NCBI GenBank assembly: GCA_963806855.1
Contig: CAWDYW010000003.1
Coordinates: 608,001 to 672,000, forward strand
Direction of reading: 5' to 3'
DNA from: an uncultured Verrucomicrobiae bacterium
GTDB taxonomy: Bacteria; Chlamydiota; Chlamydiia; Chlamydiales; Rhabdochlamydiaceae
Length of the DNA stretch: 64,000 nucleotides
A model generated the notes under the pieces. The model did not search any database. It was not told the origin of the DNA and was given only the letters and a program-made list of their open reading frames with translations. The stretch's first letter is position 1. Each line of letters starts with the position of its first letter. The position numbers were made by a program, and so were the translations under genes. This document shows, in pieces, positions 45,701-56,015 of this stretch.

Positions 45701-46753
45701 GACATAAGGACCATTGAGAGAGAAGTTGCTCTGCACATGCTTCATGCTCCCGGTCGACAGCGATCCCAATTCTAGAGGGAGGACATTCTCATTTGTCTCA
45801 TAGCCGCTGAGAGGATTCAAGTAGATAACTCCCATATAGCCCGCCTCCAAAATCAGGTGATAACAGTCGCAGAAGCAATAATCATAGGCAAGTCCCAAGT
45901 GGGCATCGAACGCGAAAACCGTATTGGAGACCCTCTTGCTGCTTATATGTTCCCGATTGACCGCAATGTCCACTGCCTCAAGGGCTTCGGATGAGCCTCC
46001 AAAATGGTACTGTGCTGGTTGCATGCGGCCAAAAAGCAAGGCAGGGGCCATCTCGCCTATGAATTGAAGGCCGCCGCACAGTTCAAATCTGCTCGAGAGG
46101 CCGAGCCGAGGGCCGATTCCCCAAAAAGTCGACTTATTGTTGAAAGTGATCAGAGGAGGGGCTGGATCCCCATCAAATTCAGAAGTTAGATGCTCCTCAA
46201 TGTTGGCACCGGTTAACCCTGTGAATAGCCGCACCTTGACTCTACAACCTAAATTGAGATAAATGCCTAGATCGAGATTGACCACATCATAGTGGAATTT
46301 CACTTTTCCGCGCGCATGGGTTAATTCACCTACACCTGTTGAATCGTAGTGAGTATCGGCAGTCCCTGGGCCAGTTTGGCAAAAGGGAGAGACCCATTGC
46401 AGAACAGGGGTCACCGTAGTCGACTGGGAATCGGAAGTTCGCAGATGGGCCCAATCGAGATTGAGATCAATCCCATTGTCGCAGAAGAAATAACGTGCTC
46501 CCACTTCAAAACCAGCTTGATAATCGGGATCGATCGCTTGAATACTCCAATTTGGGGTGAAAAAGGGGAGAAAATCGGTGACGGCGCTCCATCCTAAATT
46601 TTCTGCATAAGGTTTTAGGAAAAGGGCCCCACCGCTTACTTCAAAGTTAGAATCGAGCTGCGGGACATAGACAGGACTATCACAACAAGTCTCATTTGCG
46701 ACACAAACTGCTGGGATTCCAAGGGTGAGGACTAATTTTGCAAGATTTTTCAT
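45680..46753 (-). CDS. MOMP-like (Lpg1974-family) outer-membrane protein, divergent copy 5
   Basis: Signal peptide, ALFLKP, PDYQAGFEVGARY, VNLDLG, FWGIGPRLG, C-terminal FRF. Confidence 0.8.
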   Translation of the reverse strand: MKNLAKLVLTLGIPAVCVANETCCDSPVYVPQLDSNFEVSGGALFLKPYAENLGWSAVTDFLPFFTPNWSIQAIDPDYQAGFEVGARYFFCDNGIDLNLDWAHLRTSDSQSTTVTPVLQWVSPFCQTGPGTADTHYDSTGVGELTHARGKVKFHYDVVNLDLGIYLNLGCRVKVRLFTGLTGANIEEHLTSEFDGDPAPPLITFNNKSTFWGIGPRLGLSSRFELCGGLQFIGEMAPALLFGRMQPAQYHFGGSSEALEAVDIAVNREHISSKRVSNTVFAFDAHLGLAYDYCFCDCYHLILEAGYMGVIYLNPLSGYETNENVLPLELGSLSTGSMKHVQSNFSLNGPYVSLSFRF

Positions 46754-47334
46754 CGATTTCCTTCAGTGATTCTCTCACGCTGCTTTGGTGGGTTATAGTT
46801 GTAGAATTTGCTGGTGTCCAAATTGGCTTGGATCCAGGAAGCTGGAATCAAAAAGAAGAAAAAGCGGCTCTTGTAGATGCCATCACCCTGATTGAAAACT
46901 GGGTTGCGCGAGTCCCAATAGTAGAGGAAATCTTCAGCTTTGACGATCGCAGTTGTATACCCGTCATTCCACAGACAAAATAGTTTCAGGATATATTTGG
47001 TGATGATCCCGACCAAATCGTTATCATAATAGGCCTGCTTATTTTCAATAGCGAGAGCGATGCGCTGCTTTACTTCGGAGATACGATTGAGTTGCCATTG
47101 CCTAGCTTTAATGACCGTCTCATTTGAAGCTTGACTATCCAAAATCGGGTTGCAGCGGTTGATCACTTCGATGACATCGCTGGCCAAGCCCACAAGATTG
47201 GTCAGACTTTTCCCTTTGGCATATTGCTGGATATTGACAGGGTTAGTTTGTTCAAAGAAAGAGCGGAAAGTGTTTTCTTGGGACTCGCCTAGAAAGTGGG
47301 GTTTTAATTCAGCCGTGTGCATGAGTTCCTCCAA
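46750..47334 (-). CDS. Hypothetical protein
   Basis: 194-aa ORF whose stop overlaps the porin start; no motif recognised. Confidence 0.6.
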   Translation of the reverse strand: MEELMHTAELKPHFLGESQENTFRSFFEQTNPVNIQQYAKGKSLTNLVGLASDVIEVINRCNPILDSQASNETVIKARQWQLNRISEVKQRIALAIENKQAYYDNDLVGIITKYILKLFCLWNDGYTTAIVKAEDFLYYWDSRNPVFNQGDGIYKSRFFFFLIPASWIQANLDTSKFYNYNPPKQRERITEGNR

Positions 47335-47425
47335 AAAGAAAAATTTTACTTTACTATCAGATTATTTTTCAACGAATCATTGGGAAAAATGGACCTTCTG
47401 CGATATGATTTTAGAGAGGATAAAA

Positions 47426-47929
47426 ATGCATACATCTGAACACTTACCACATAGCTCTAAAACAGAAATGAGATTGCAATGGATAGCAATCATGTTCATG
47501 GCAATTGGGCTGATCATATCGATTCATCATCATTCTCAACTTATCAAAGCAGAGCGAATTAAGAGTGAACTTACCTCATACCTTCATCTAGACGATCGCT
47601 ATCATAAACTCATTTTCACTCTCCTTCAGAATGATCCGGATGTTTTCCAAAAGAATGATGACCTTTCTTTACAGAAAAATAAATATCTTCTCTATGAACT
47701 ATTTGAACTCTTCGCAACGGTAGAGACTCTAAAAAGCTATTTTCAAGAACTCAATGAAGATACCTGGCCCATTTGGAACAAAAGAATTGAGTTCCTATTT
47801 TCGAAGCCCGCTGTCAACTATGCTTGGGAAGAGCGTCAGAGATATGCTGATAAGATTTACAGTCCCGAATTTCTCAAGCATATCGAAAACATCATCGCCG
47901 AGCGCCCTTCTGAGGATCTGATTCGCTAA
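47426..47929 (+). CDS. Hypothetical single-TM protein
   Basis: GAGG RBS, one N-terminal TM followed by a helical domain. Confidence 0.6.
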   Translation: MHTSEHLPHSSKTEMRLQWIAIMFMAIGLIISIHHHSQLIKAERIKSELTSYLHLDDRYHKLIFTLLQNDPDVFQKNDDLSLQKNKYLLYELFELFATVETLKSYFQELNEDTWPIWNKRIEFLFSKPAVNYAWEERQRYADKIYSPEFLKHIENIIAERPSEDLIR

Positions 47930-48137
47930 AATTCCTTTTGATTTTCTCCCCAATTGCGATAAAAGAAAAAAAGTTTTGGTCGTCTTTTGAGATGCAACAA
48001 TCTTATATTTAGCATGTTGTGAGTTTTGTATGAATATTTTTTATGTGGCGAAAGTTGGATATTGTCCAAGTAATGACATGCAAATTAATCATACAAGTGT
48101 TTTCCTATATAAATAAGAGCAAGAAAAGTAGGTATTG

Positions 48138-49176
48138 ATGGGTTCAAAGCATTTATTAAAGTTGAGTCAGCTTCCTCCAGATGAGAAAACGGAAGGGGGG
48201 CTGCGGATCAAGGCCAACAAAAAGAATTTCCCAATTCTTCGAGGGATGTCCCTTTATAAGCTCATTCTTAATCCGCAAGGGATTCGGGAGCCTCATTGGC
48301 ATGCGAATGCAGATGAATTAGGCTACTGTTTGAGCGGGGAAGTGCTTGGTCTCTCTCTATAATACCGGCGATACCAAAGCGACTTTTCTGATCCAAGCGG
48401 GCGATGTCTTCTTAATTCCCTCTGGCGCTCTCCACTGCATTGAAAATGTAGGGAAAGGAGCAGCGGAGTTAATCTTGTGCTTTTCCAATGAAGATACCGA
48501 AGATTTTCATCTCTCGAGTACGATTGGGATGTTTTCAGATGCGGTGCTCGGCAATACATGGAATGTGAAAAGCCAAGTGTTTAAGCAATTAAAACGCTCG
48601 CCAAATTATACGTTTGCCACCCTGCGGCACACCCCTCCTGTTGTCCCTGAGAATGCCCGTTATTCTTCACCCTATCGGCATCATTTAGAAGCCGCTCAGC
48701 CTCTGTTGATGAATGAAGGGGGATCTGCGAGGATGGCGCGCCATGACACTTGGCCGATTGTCAAACGACAGGCAATTTATTCGCTATTACTTACTGGAAT
48801 AGGGATGAGAGAACCGCATTGGCATCCTGAGACGGCAGAATTGGGATACGTCCATAAAGGCAAAGGGCGAATGTCAATCCAAAATCCATCTGGGGATGTC
48901 GACACCTACATCATGGAAGAGGGGGACATCTACTTTATTCCAAAGGCCTATCCCCATCATATCGAAAATCTCACAACCGATGCGCTCCATCTCTTAATCT
49001 TCTTCGATCAAGCGATGCCAGGTGATGTGGGATTCACCGGTAGCATTCGTTCTAACTCTGATGAGGTGCTCGCATCGACCCTCAACACAACGCCCGATTT
49101 TTTTGTCCAATTGCCCAAGTATGACGCCGACCTCTTCATCGTCCAAAAAGTCAATCCTCTCGACCCAATCAAATAA
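48138..49176 (+). CDS. Bicupin, oxalate decarboxylase-like; frameshift near 48345
   Basis: Two REPHWH....E cupin motifs, each followed by GD.(F/Y).IP....H.IEN. Confidence 0.85.
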
Positions 49177-49184
49177 AGGATGCC

Positions 49185-50012
49185 ATGCCAAAAGAATATC
49201 TTTGGACAAAGTCAAGAGCAAGGTTGCAATGGATCAGGACCAGTGGAGGTGAGGCTTATAATTGGCTCTTTCTGCCAGGAGGGCCGGGTCTTGGGTCTGA
49301 GTCCCTATTTCCCTTATTGGATATCCTTGAATTACCTGGAAATATATGGCGAATGGATCTGCCCGGCGATGGGTCGAATACCACCTCAGATATGAGCCAT
49401 TGGTCGCAAGCCCTCCTGGAGGCGACTGGAGCCTTAGACAATGTCATACTCGTAGGGCATTCAAGAGGAGGGATGTTTGCACTCGCAACTCCAGATTTAG
49501 AGAAGACATTAACAGGCCTTGTGCTGATGAACTCTGCTCCCGATATGTCTTGGCAAACTGACCTGGCAACGAAACTTGTTGATTTCCCCCTTCCCGAAGC
49601 AGATAGAGCGGAAGAGCAATATCGACAGCACCCAAATAATGCAACACTGCGTGAATGCATCATTACTGCGGCGCCTAGAATGTTTTTTACTGAAGAAGGA
49701 TTAAGAAAGGGGATCGAATTTATGGAGAAATTACCCTTTAATTATGAAGCTTGGCAATGGGCTGAAGAACATTTTGATCCCGGTTATCAAGCAGAGTGGA
49801 TTCCGCACATTCCCACGCTCATTTTATCTGGGGAAAAAGATATCGCCATCCCGATCAAATACTTTCGAGTAAGGAAAGAATATAAGCGGGGCAATATCCT
49901 CTTGAAAGAGATTGAGAATGCGGGTCATTTCCCCTGGATCGAAAATCCCCAAGGGGTCATCGCGGCATTTAATGAATATTTATCTTTTCTAAAAGCTTTT
50001 CAATCATTATAG
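49185..50012 (+). CDS. Alpha/beta hydrolase
   Basis: PGGPG, DLPGDG, GHSRGG, GEKD, AGHFPWIE. Confidence 0.85.
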   Translation: MPKEYLWTKSRARLQWIRTSGGEAYNWLFLPGGPGLGSESLFPLLDILELPGNIWRMDLPGDGSNTTSDMSHWSQALLEATGALDNVILVGHSRGGMFALATPDLEKTLTGLVLMNSAPDMSWQTDLATKLVDFPLPEADRAEEQYRQHPNNATLRECIITAAPRMFFTEEGLRKGIEFMEKLPFNYEAWQWAEEHFDPGYQAEWIPHIPTLILSGEKDIAIPIKYFRVRKEYKRGNILLKEIENAGHFPWIENPQGVIAAFNEYLSFLKAFQSL

Positions 50013-50037
50013 ATGATATTTTTGCTAGGAGAGTAAC

Positions 50038-51234
50038 ATGCTGATGTGGTTTAGGATAAGTCTGTGGCTAATGCTCGCCATTCCTCTCATGGGTGAGAAT
50101 TATAAGGTTGCGGCGACCACAGATACGGTGACGCTGGGTCTTTTTACTTTAGACAAGCCCCCAGTGATCAAAGTCAAGTCGGGCGACACGGTTACATTAG
50201 AGACCTGGAATAGTTGTCTTCATGTCATGGTTTATAATAAAACAACCCCTGCAGAAGTGGCCAAATTCTACGTAGCTCATGATATCCAGAAGCGACGTGG
50301 CATGCATTCACTAACCGGGCCTGTTTATGTAGAGGGAGCGGAACCGGGCGATGTGCTAGAGATCCGGATTTTAGACATCAAAGTAAACGATTTTGGCTAT
50401 AACTTTTTGAGCCCCACCCAGGGGATTTTGTCAGAATTTACCAAGCCGAGGATCAAGTATTTCAAGCTTGATAAGAAAAATAACTCAACGGAGTTCTCTA
50501 AGGGGATCTGTCTGAATCTAAAACCCTTCCCTGGAATTATCGCCGTAGCGCCTCCTTTGGATTGGCCTAAGGGATGGCCTGTCAATTTGCCCAAAGCGAC
50601 GATGGGGCAACCTGTTAAAGGGGAGTTCAATTCTGTGCCTCCCGGGCCTTTTGGCGGCAACTTAGACCAGCCCGAGCTGCAAGCTGGCTCTATCCTCTTT
50701 CTCCCCGTTTTCCAAAAGGGAGGATTGGTCTGGACTGGAGACTCCCATGCAATGCAGAGCAATGGGGAAATCGATATAACCGCGTTAGAGACCTCTTATG
50801 AGGGGATCTCCCTACAATTTATTGTGCGCAAAGATTTAAAAGCCGCAGGCGTGCTCGATAAGACAAAGAGAAAAGGTGGGGATGCTTTCACCTGGCCAAT
50901 CATTGAGAACGAAAAGCACTGGATGATCGTGGGACTTAATACCGATCTTTTTGAGGCGATGAAACTTGCCTCGCGCAATGCGATTGACTTTTTAGTTCGG
51001 ACACAAGGGCTATCGCCAGAAGAGAGCTATCAATTTTTGAGCCTGGTAGGCGATTTTGAGATTGCCGAAGCCGTCAACGTAATCAAAAATGTCACGGTAC
51101 ACATCCCCAAAGAGGTCTTTAAAGGGACAGGAAAACCACTCACACTCTGTAAGGAAGGGGTATTTCCGTTGAAGGCGCCCATTATTAAAGAGCAGGCCTC
51201 TTGTGTACCGCAAGAAGGAATCACCGTGGAATAA
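50038..51234 (+). CDS. Acetamidase/formamidase-family protein with signal peptide
   Basis: HSLTGPVYVEGAEPGDVL, PFPG, GGNLD, GDSHAMQSNGEI..TALE. Confidence 0.88.
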   Translation: MLMWFRISLWLMLAIPLMGENYKVAATTDTVTLGLFTLDKPPVIKVKSGDTVTLETWNSCLHVMVYNKTTPAEVAKFYVAHDIQKRRGMHSLTGPVYVEGAEPGDVLEIRILDIKVNDFGYNFLSPTQGILSEFTKPRIKYFKLDKKNNSTEFSKGICLNLKPFPGIIAVAPPLDWPKGWPVNLPKATMGQPVKGEFNSVPPGPFGGNLDQPELQAGSILFLPVFQKGGLVWTGDSHAMQSNGEIDITALETSYEGISLQFIVRKDLKAAGVLDKTKRKGGDAFTWPIIENEKHWMIVGLNTDLFEAMKLASRNAIDFLVRTQGLSPEESYQFLSLVGDFEIAEAVNVIKNVTVHIPKEVFKGTGKPLTLCKEGVFPLKAPIIKEQASCVPQEGITVE

Positions 51235-51246
51235 AAAAGGACATTC

Positions 51247-51636
51247 ATGAAAAAACTCATAATTGCTGTTTTATTTTTTGCCACTACAGCCTTCGCTAAA
51301 CAGCTGGTGCTTGATAATCAAACATCTTATCCTGCGAAAAACCAAAAAATCGCCATTCAATGGGCCACCTCAGCACAAGAAGTCGATGAGAGCAACAAAG
51401 CTTTAATGTATGAAGAGAAACTCTCTCCCAAGTCAATCCAAGTCCTCAAGCAAAAGGGGAAAATCGACTTGAACATTCCCGAAGATGCGACCTATTTTCG
51501 CATAGTCGTCTGGTCTAAAGGGGATAGTGCTCCCGATTATTCGACCAACTGGATCGATATTGAGCCGGGGAAGATCTACACCCTTAAGACCGAACATCTC
51601 GTCCCCATCGTCCTTATGTCGGGAATGGGCTGCTAA
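51247..51636 (+). CDS. Small secreted hypothetical protein
   Basis: MKKLIIAVLFFATTAFA signal peptide; ends GMGC. Confidence 0.7.
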   Translation: MKKLIIAVLFFATTAFAKQLVLDNQTSYPAKNQKIAIQWATSAQEVDESNKALMYEEKLSPKSIQVLKQKGKIDLNIPEDATYFRIVVWSKGDSAPDYSTNWIDIEPGKIYTLKTEHLVPIVLMSGMGC

Positions 51637-52287
51637 AGCTGCTTTCAAAAATCTTTCCACCTTTCGGAAAGTGATCGAAATACGTCTGTTTTCTATAGGA
51701 AGCAAACCATGTTTCCATTTGTGCCTTAATTCCCCTTGGAATAAGAAAGCTGTTCCCTGCTCTTCATTCAAATAAAATCGACTTTCCTCACCGAGGGCTG
51801 GATTTTGGAAGAATAGGCTCTGCAGAGTGTCGGGTTCAACAATCAACCCGATAATCGATTCGCCAAAGTAGTACTTTCTATCTTCAGCCCGCAATGCCCA
51901 TTCTAAGTTCCTATCTATGTGCGGAGCAATTCCATCACCCGATTGATAAATTGTCAGAATAATGTTGTCATAATCCTCAGGACGGTCATTTTCATCTAGC
52001 TTTTCCTTGAATTTTTCGAATAACTGGTTGCGGATTTCGACAATAAAGGGGGGAATGGGCTTTTCCTCAAGCCGCCCCTCTTCGAGAGCAGGAAACACTT
52101 TCCCAAAGTCGATGGTCTCTCGATAGTAAGTAGCCTGATTCCATTGATGCCTAACCTCATTTTCAAGTGCCTCAATATTGCTCAAAAAAGATTCCGGTAG
52201 ATCGATTTTGAGAATGGTTAACGAGGAGACGCAGCCAAAAAGCTTAAGGGCGGAACAGAGAAGGACAAAGAATATAAAATGGCGCAT
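51433..52287 (-). CDS. AlkB-like 2OG-Fe(II) dioxygenase with signal or lipoprotein-like leader; true end probably near 51640
   Basis: Y..GDGIAPHID (HxD), WKHG, RRISITFR. Confidence 0.8.
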   Translation of the reverse strand: MRHFIFFVLLCSALKLFGCVSSLTILKIDLPESFLSNIEALENEVRHQWNQATYYRETIDFGKVFPALEEGRLEEKPIPPFIVEIRNQLFEKFKEKLDENDRPEDYDNIILTIYQSGDGIAPHIDRNLEWALRAEDRKYYFGESIIGLIVEPDTLQSLFFQNPALGEESRFYLNEEQGTAFLFQGELRHKWKHGLLPIENRRISITFRKVERFLKAALAAHSRHKDDGDEMFGLKGVDLPRLNIDPVGRIIGSTIPFRPDDYAKIGRIFGNVQVDFPLLLEDLD

Positions 52288-52294
52288 TAGAAAG

Positions 52295-53347
52295 CTATTC
52301 CCTCACAAATTCATCAGGTGAAAAGGAGCCAGTATCCAAAATATAACTAGTAACAAGCTCCGCTGGGGTCACATCAAAGGCCGGGTTATACACTGGAGCA
52401 TTTTTTGGACTCCAAATTACTTGCCCAAAGCTCCCTTTTGCACCGCGAACCTCATCTGGGGAGCGCTCCTCGATCTTGATTCCAGCGCCATTTGGGCAAT
52501 TGCGATCGATCGTCGTATAGGGTGCAACCACATGGAAGGGGATTTGATGGTGATGGGCCAATACGGCTAAAGAATAGGTGCCGATTTTGTTGGCAAAATC
52601 CCCATTCGCTGCAATCCGATCTGCTCCAACAAGAACGCGGTCGATCTTCCCTTGGCGCATAAGAGTGGCAGCCATACTGTCACAGATCAGCGTATAAGGA
52701 ATCCCGCTTTTTTCTAGTTCCCAGGCAGTTAGCCTTGCACCTTGAAGAAGAGGTCTAGTTTCGCAGGCATAAACATGGATCTTTTTATTCTGTGCATGAG
52801 CGGTTCGGATCACTCCAAGGGCTGTTCCAATGCCTGTTGCGGCAAGGCTTCCGGTATTGCAGATCGTTAAGATGGTTTCACCAGGTTCGATTAATGCTGC
52901 ACCAACATTGCCCATAGATGAGGATAACGAAACATCTTCATGGTAGATCTGTAAAGCAGTCTCGACAATAGCTTGCCGAAAATCTGCAGATCGATCCATA
53001 GCGACTAGTACCCGATCGATGCAATGGGATAAATTGACCGCTGTCGGCCGGGCATTTTTGAGGAGAATAGCCGCTGCTTCAATCCGTTCTCTAGATGCGC
53101 CTTGCTCGGCTAACTGGGAAAGGGCAAAAGTGGCTGATACTCCGATTAAGGGGGCGCCACGCACTTTCAATGAGGAAATAATCTCCACCATCTGCTCTGT
53201 AGTTTTTACCTCGATCCACTCTTCTTCCTGCGGAAGTTTTTGTTGATTCAAAATAAAAAAATTTCCCCGATCGTATCGAATGGCAAAGTCATTGACTGAT
53301 GCATGTAAGGTTGTAATAGCAATGATGAAAATTAGTAGTAGACGCAT
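52295..53347 (-). CDS. mtnA: Methylthioribose-1-phosphate isomerase with signal-peptide-like leader
   Basis: VRGAPLIG, RPTAVNL, TICNTGSLA, ETRPLLQGARLT, GADRIAANGD.ANKIGT, NPAFDVTP. Confidence 0.95.
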   Translation of the reverse strand: MRLLLIFIIAITTLHASVNDFAIRYDRGNFFILNQQKLPQEEEWIEVKTTEQMVEIISSLKVRGAPLIGVSATFALSQLAEQGASRERIEAAAILLKNARPTAVNLSHCIDRVLVAMDRSADFRQAIVETALQIYHEDVSLSSSMGNVGAALIEPGETILTICNTGSLAATGIGTALGVIRTAHAQNKKIHVYACETRPLLQGARLTAWELEKSGIPYTLICDSMAATLMRQGKIDRVLVGADRIAANGDFANKIGTYSLAVLAHHHQIPFHVVAPYTTIDRNCPNGAGIKIEERSPDEVRGAKGSFGQVIWSPKNAPVYNPAFDVTPAELVTSYILDTGSFSPDEFVRE

Positions 53348-53368
53348 ATCGCTCCTTAAAAAGGCAAG

Positions 53369-53397
53369 ATTGTAGAAATTAAGGACATGAAAGTCAA
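53369..53397 (-). promoter_or_regulatory. Sigma70/66-type promoter of mtnA
   Basis: TTGACT-17bp-TACAAT on the minus strand; AAGGAG RBS downstream. Confidence 0.65.
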
Positions 53398-53485
53398 GAA
53401 GGCTTCCCAGAACTTTTTACATGGAAAAAAATGGCATTTTCCCTAATCGTAAAAATTGATTTGAAAAATACATTAGGGGGACTAG

Positions 53486-54379
53486 ATGGAACATAAAGTT
53501 GGGTTTATTGGACTTGGTCACATGGGTCTTCCCATGGCAGAAAACGTTCTAAAAGCTGGATTCCCTTTTTGGGTTTACAATCGGACAAAAGAAAAAGCGG
53601 CTCCTTTACTTGACAAGGGAGGCCAGTGGGCAGCAACTCCTGCTGAACTGGCGAGCTTATGTGACATTGTGATCTCCATGGTAGCAAATGATGCGGCCTT
53701 AAATGAGATTGTACATGGGCCATCAGGGATACTGTCCTCTTCTAAAAAGCCTATCGTTCATATCTCGATGAGTACGGTTTCGCCAAATCTGATTGCTGGT
53801 TTAGAAAAGCAACATCAAGAGGCGGGGATTGCATTTCTAGCAGCTCCTGTAACTGGACGGCCGGATCGTGCAAAAGAGGGGAGTTTATGGATTTTTTTAG
53901 CCGGGGATTCCAAAGCTAAAAAAATGGCTTCTCCAATTTTGGAGGCAATGAGTACTAAGATTTTCGATTTAGGGGAACATGCAGCGCAGGCATTGCTATT
54001 TAAACTGTGTAACAATTTCATGTTAATCAGTCTAGTTGAAGCTTTTTCGGAAGCCGCGAGCATGCTAGAAAAAGGTGGAATCTCCACTTCAAAAGCAGCT
54101 GAGATATGGGGAAGTTCCTTATTTGACGCCCCCGCTTTTCATAGCTACACCCCGATGATCCGTAAGGGTAATTTCGCAGATGGAGGGTTTGCCTTGAAGC
54201 TTGGGTTAAAGGATATGCGGCTTCTACAAGACTGTGCTGACAAAGCTCAGGTTCCCATGCCCTTCCTTTCTGATGTTCATGAAAAGATGCTGACTTGTAT
54301 GAATTTAGGCAGGGCTGACTATGATTGGTCCACAATCGCTCTCTTGACGAGCGAATTAGCCGGGATAAAATATACATAA
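53486..54379 (+). CDS. Beta-hydroxyacid dehydrogenase family NAD(P)-dependent oxidoreductase
   Basis: GFIGLGHMG, YNRT, MSTVSP, APVTG, KLCNN, LKDM. Confidence 0.9.
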   Translation: MEHKVGFIGLGHMGLPMAENVLKAGFPFWVYNRTKEKAAPLLDKGGQWAATPAELASLCDIVISMVANDAALNEIVHGPSGILSSSKKPIVHISMSTVSPNLIAGLEKQHQEAGIAFLAAPVTGRPDRAKEGSLWIFLAGDSKAKKMASPILEAMSTKIFDLGEHAAQALLFKLCNNFMLISLVEAFSEAASMLEKGGISTSKAAEIWGSSLFDAPAFHSYTPMIRKGNFADGGFALKLGLKDMRLLQDCADKAQVPMPFLSDVHEKMLTCMNLGRADYDWSTIALLTSELAGIKYT

Positions 54380-54505
54380 TGTGCGCTTTCGGGCCTTATC
54401 TGATAAGGGCTTTCGATATGCTTCTAAAGCCCACTGTTCTAATTTTTTTGCGCGGATTATAATTTTTTATTGAAAATTTCCATTGATCGACAATTTCCCC
54501 CACCT

Positions 54506-55720
54506 CTATATCGAAAGCTCATCCAAATAGCTCACAGCATCCAGCGCAGCCATAGCTCCCGAGCCGGCTGCAATCACTACTCGCCCGTAGGAAACATCGC
54601 TCACATCACCTGCAGCAAAGACCCCAGGAACCTTTGTGCTGGTTTTTTTACCATCAATGATAATTTGCCCTTTAGGCGAAATTTCTAACTGATCTTTAAA
54701 CAATTCTGAATTTGGCTTACCGCCGATCGCCACAAGCAGAATATCAGCGGGTATTTCATAGGTACTATTCGTTTGCTCATTTTTCAACACAACGCCTGTG
54801 AATAATCCTTTGGAGACATCTAAAACATCTTGCACTTTTGTCTTATAGATAATTTGTATCTTTTTATTGTTCATCACAAGATCTTGGTGAAACTTCGAGG
54901 CGTTAAAAGTGCCGCTGCGATTTACCAGAGTCACTTTTTTGGCTACCGCAGACAAAAAATGCGCTTCTTGCAAAGCAGCATGCCCTCCACCTATGACGAC
55001 CACGTTTTTGTCTTTAAAATTTGTTTCTTTACAAAATGAGGCCGCCACCACCCCGCGTTCTCTTAAAGCTTGTTCATTAGGGAGTCCTAACCATTGTTTG
55101 TCAACGCCTGAGGCAATAATTAGAGTTTTGGCATAAATGGTTTGACCTCCAGAAAGTTCGATTCTAAAAGGACGATTCTGTAAATCAACTTCTACAACAG
55201 AAGCTTCTTGAAATCGGGCGCCAAATGTTTTGGCTTGCGATCTAAACCGATTTAACAAGTCTTCGCCCTCAATTTCTTCCAACATGCCAGGGTAGTTGTC
55301 AATCGTGTGAATCAAGGCCATTTGTGCTTTGCAATCATCATCCTGAATCACAAGGGGGCGACGGTTGGCTTGCGCGGTAAAAATAGCAGCGGACGATCCT
55401 GCTGCACCGGATCCTAAAATGACAACTTCTTCGACTTTGCTCGCATCAATCGCCCTGGTAGCCGCATAAGTTCCGGAAGTAAAGTATTTAATCAAATTAG
55501 CAAGGGATAAAAACGTAATAATCGACAAACTTGCAATTAAACTGACAGGTCCAGAAAAAGCAGATGCTGCAATTACTCCGCCCCCACATGCAGTTGTCAA
55601 CATTACAGAACCAATGATGTGGATTTTATGTGTATTCCAGTTTTTTTGAAAGCCTTCATTTAAGAAATTTAGTTGGTTTTCAGCTGGACTATTTGCTGGA
55701 ATAACGACTGGCATAAGCAC
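54506..55720 (-). CDS. Thioredoxin-reductase-like flavoprotein with N-terminal hydrophobic extension and no CxxC
   Basis: ILGSGAAG, NYPG, IIASG, VIGGG and GVFAAGDV are present; the active site reads AASFCKE instead of ACATCDG. Confidence 0.85.
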   Translation of the reverse strand: MLMPVVIPANSPAENQLNFLNEGFQKNWNTHKIHIIGSVMLTTACGGGVIAASAFSGPVSLIASLSIITFLSLANLIKYFTSGTYAATRAIDASKVEEVVILGSGAAGSSAAIFTAQANRRPLVIQDDDCKAQMALIHTIDNYPGMLEEIEGEDLLNRFRSQAKTFGARFQEASVVEVDLQNRPFRIELSGGQTIYAKTLIIASGVDKQWLGLPNEQALRERGVVAASFCKETNFKDKNVVVIGGGHAALQEAHFLSAVAKKVTLVNRSGTFNASKFHQDLVMNNKKIQIIYKTKVQDVLDVSKGLFTGVVLKNEQTNSTYEIPADILLVAIGGKPNSELFKDQLEISPKGQIIIDGKKTSTKVPGVFAAGDVSDVSYGRVVIAAGSGAMAALDAVSYLDELSI

Positions 55721-55950
55721 CTCTATTATTTATTTTATTACAAATCTAGTCATTGCTTTTATTTAAAAAAAGCTAACGCATGAAATATGACAATATAATA
55801 CAATATGTGTAGATATAAATCTGTACACAACTTTATTTAAGGAGGCAATTGCAAACGGCGTTGTTGCGTAATTTAACTCTCTGAAAATCAAAAAAATTAT
55901 ATCGTCAGGCGAAATCCGTAGAAACCCTAAAGAGAAAGGCTTGAAGTACT

Positions 55951-55998
55951 TGTAGCCAAGCCGATGCCGTCGAAAACCGATTCTTCAAGTTGCTTCGG
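55951..55998 (-). mobile_element. Partial MITE (one end, about 48 bp)
   Basis: Reverse complement matches the start of copy A; TA flank. Confidence 0.85.
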
Positions 55999-56015
55999 TA
56001 TAACGGGTTCAGGGC

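Noticed and set aside
51433..51636. 204-bp convergent overlap between the AlkB-like gene and the small secreted protein
   Set aside because: The dioxygenase fold ends at RISITFR, and the tail is antisense read-through, plausibly from an indel. Not supportable as a true overlap without reads.
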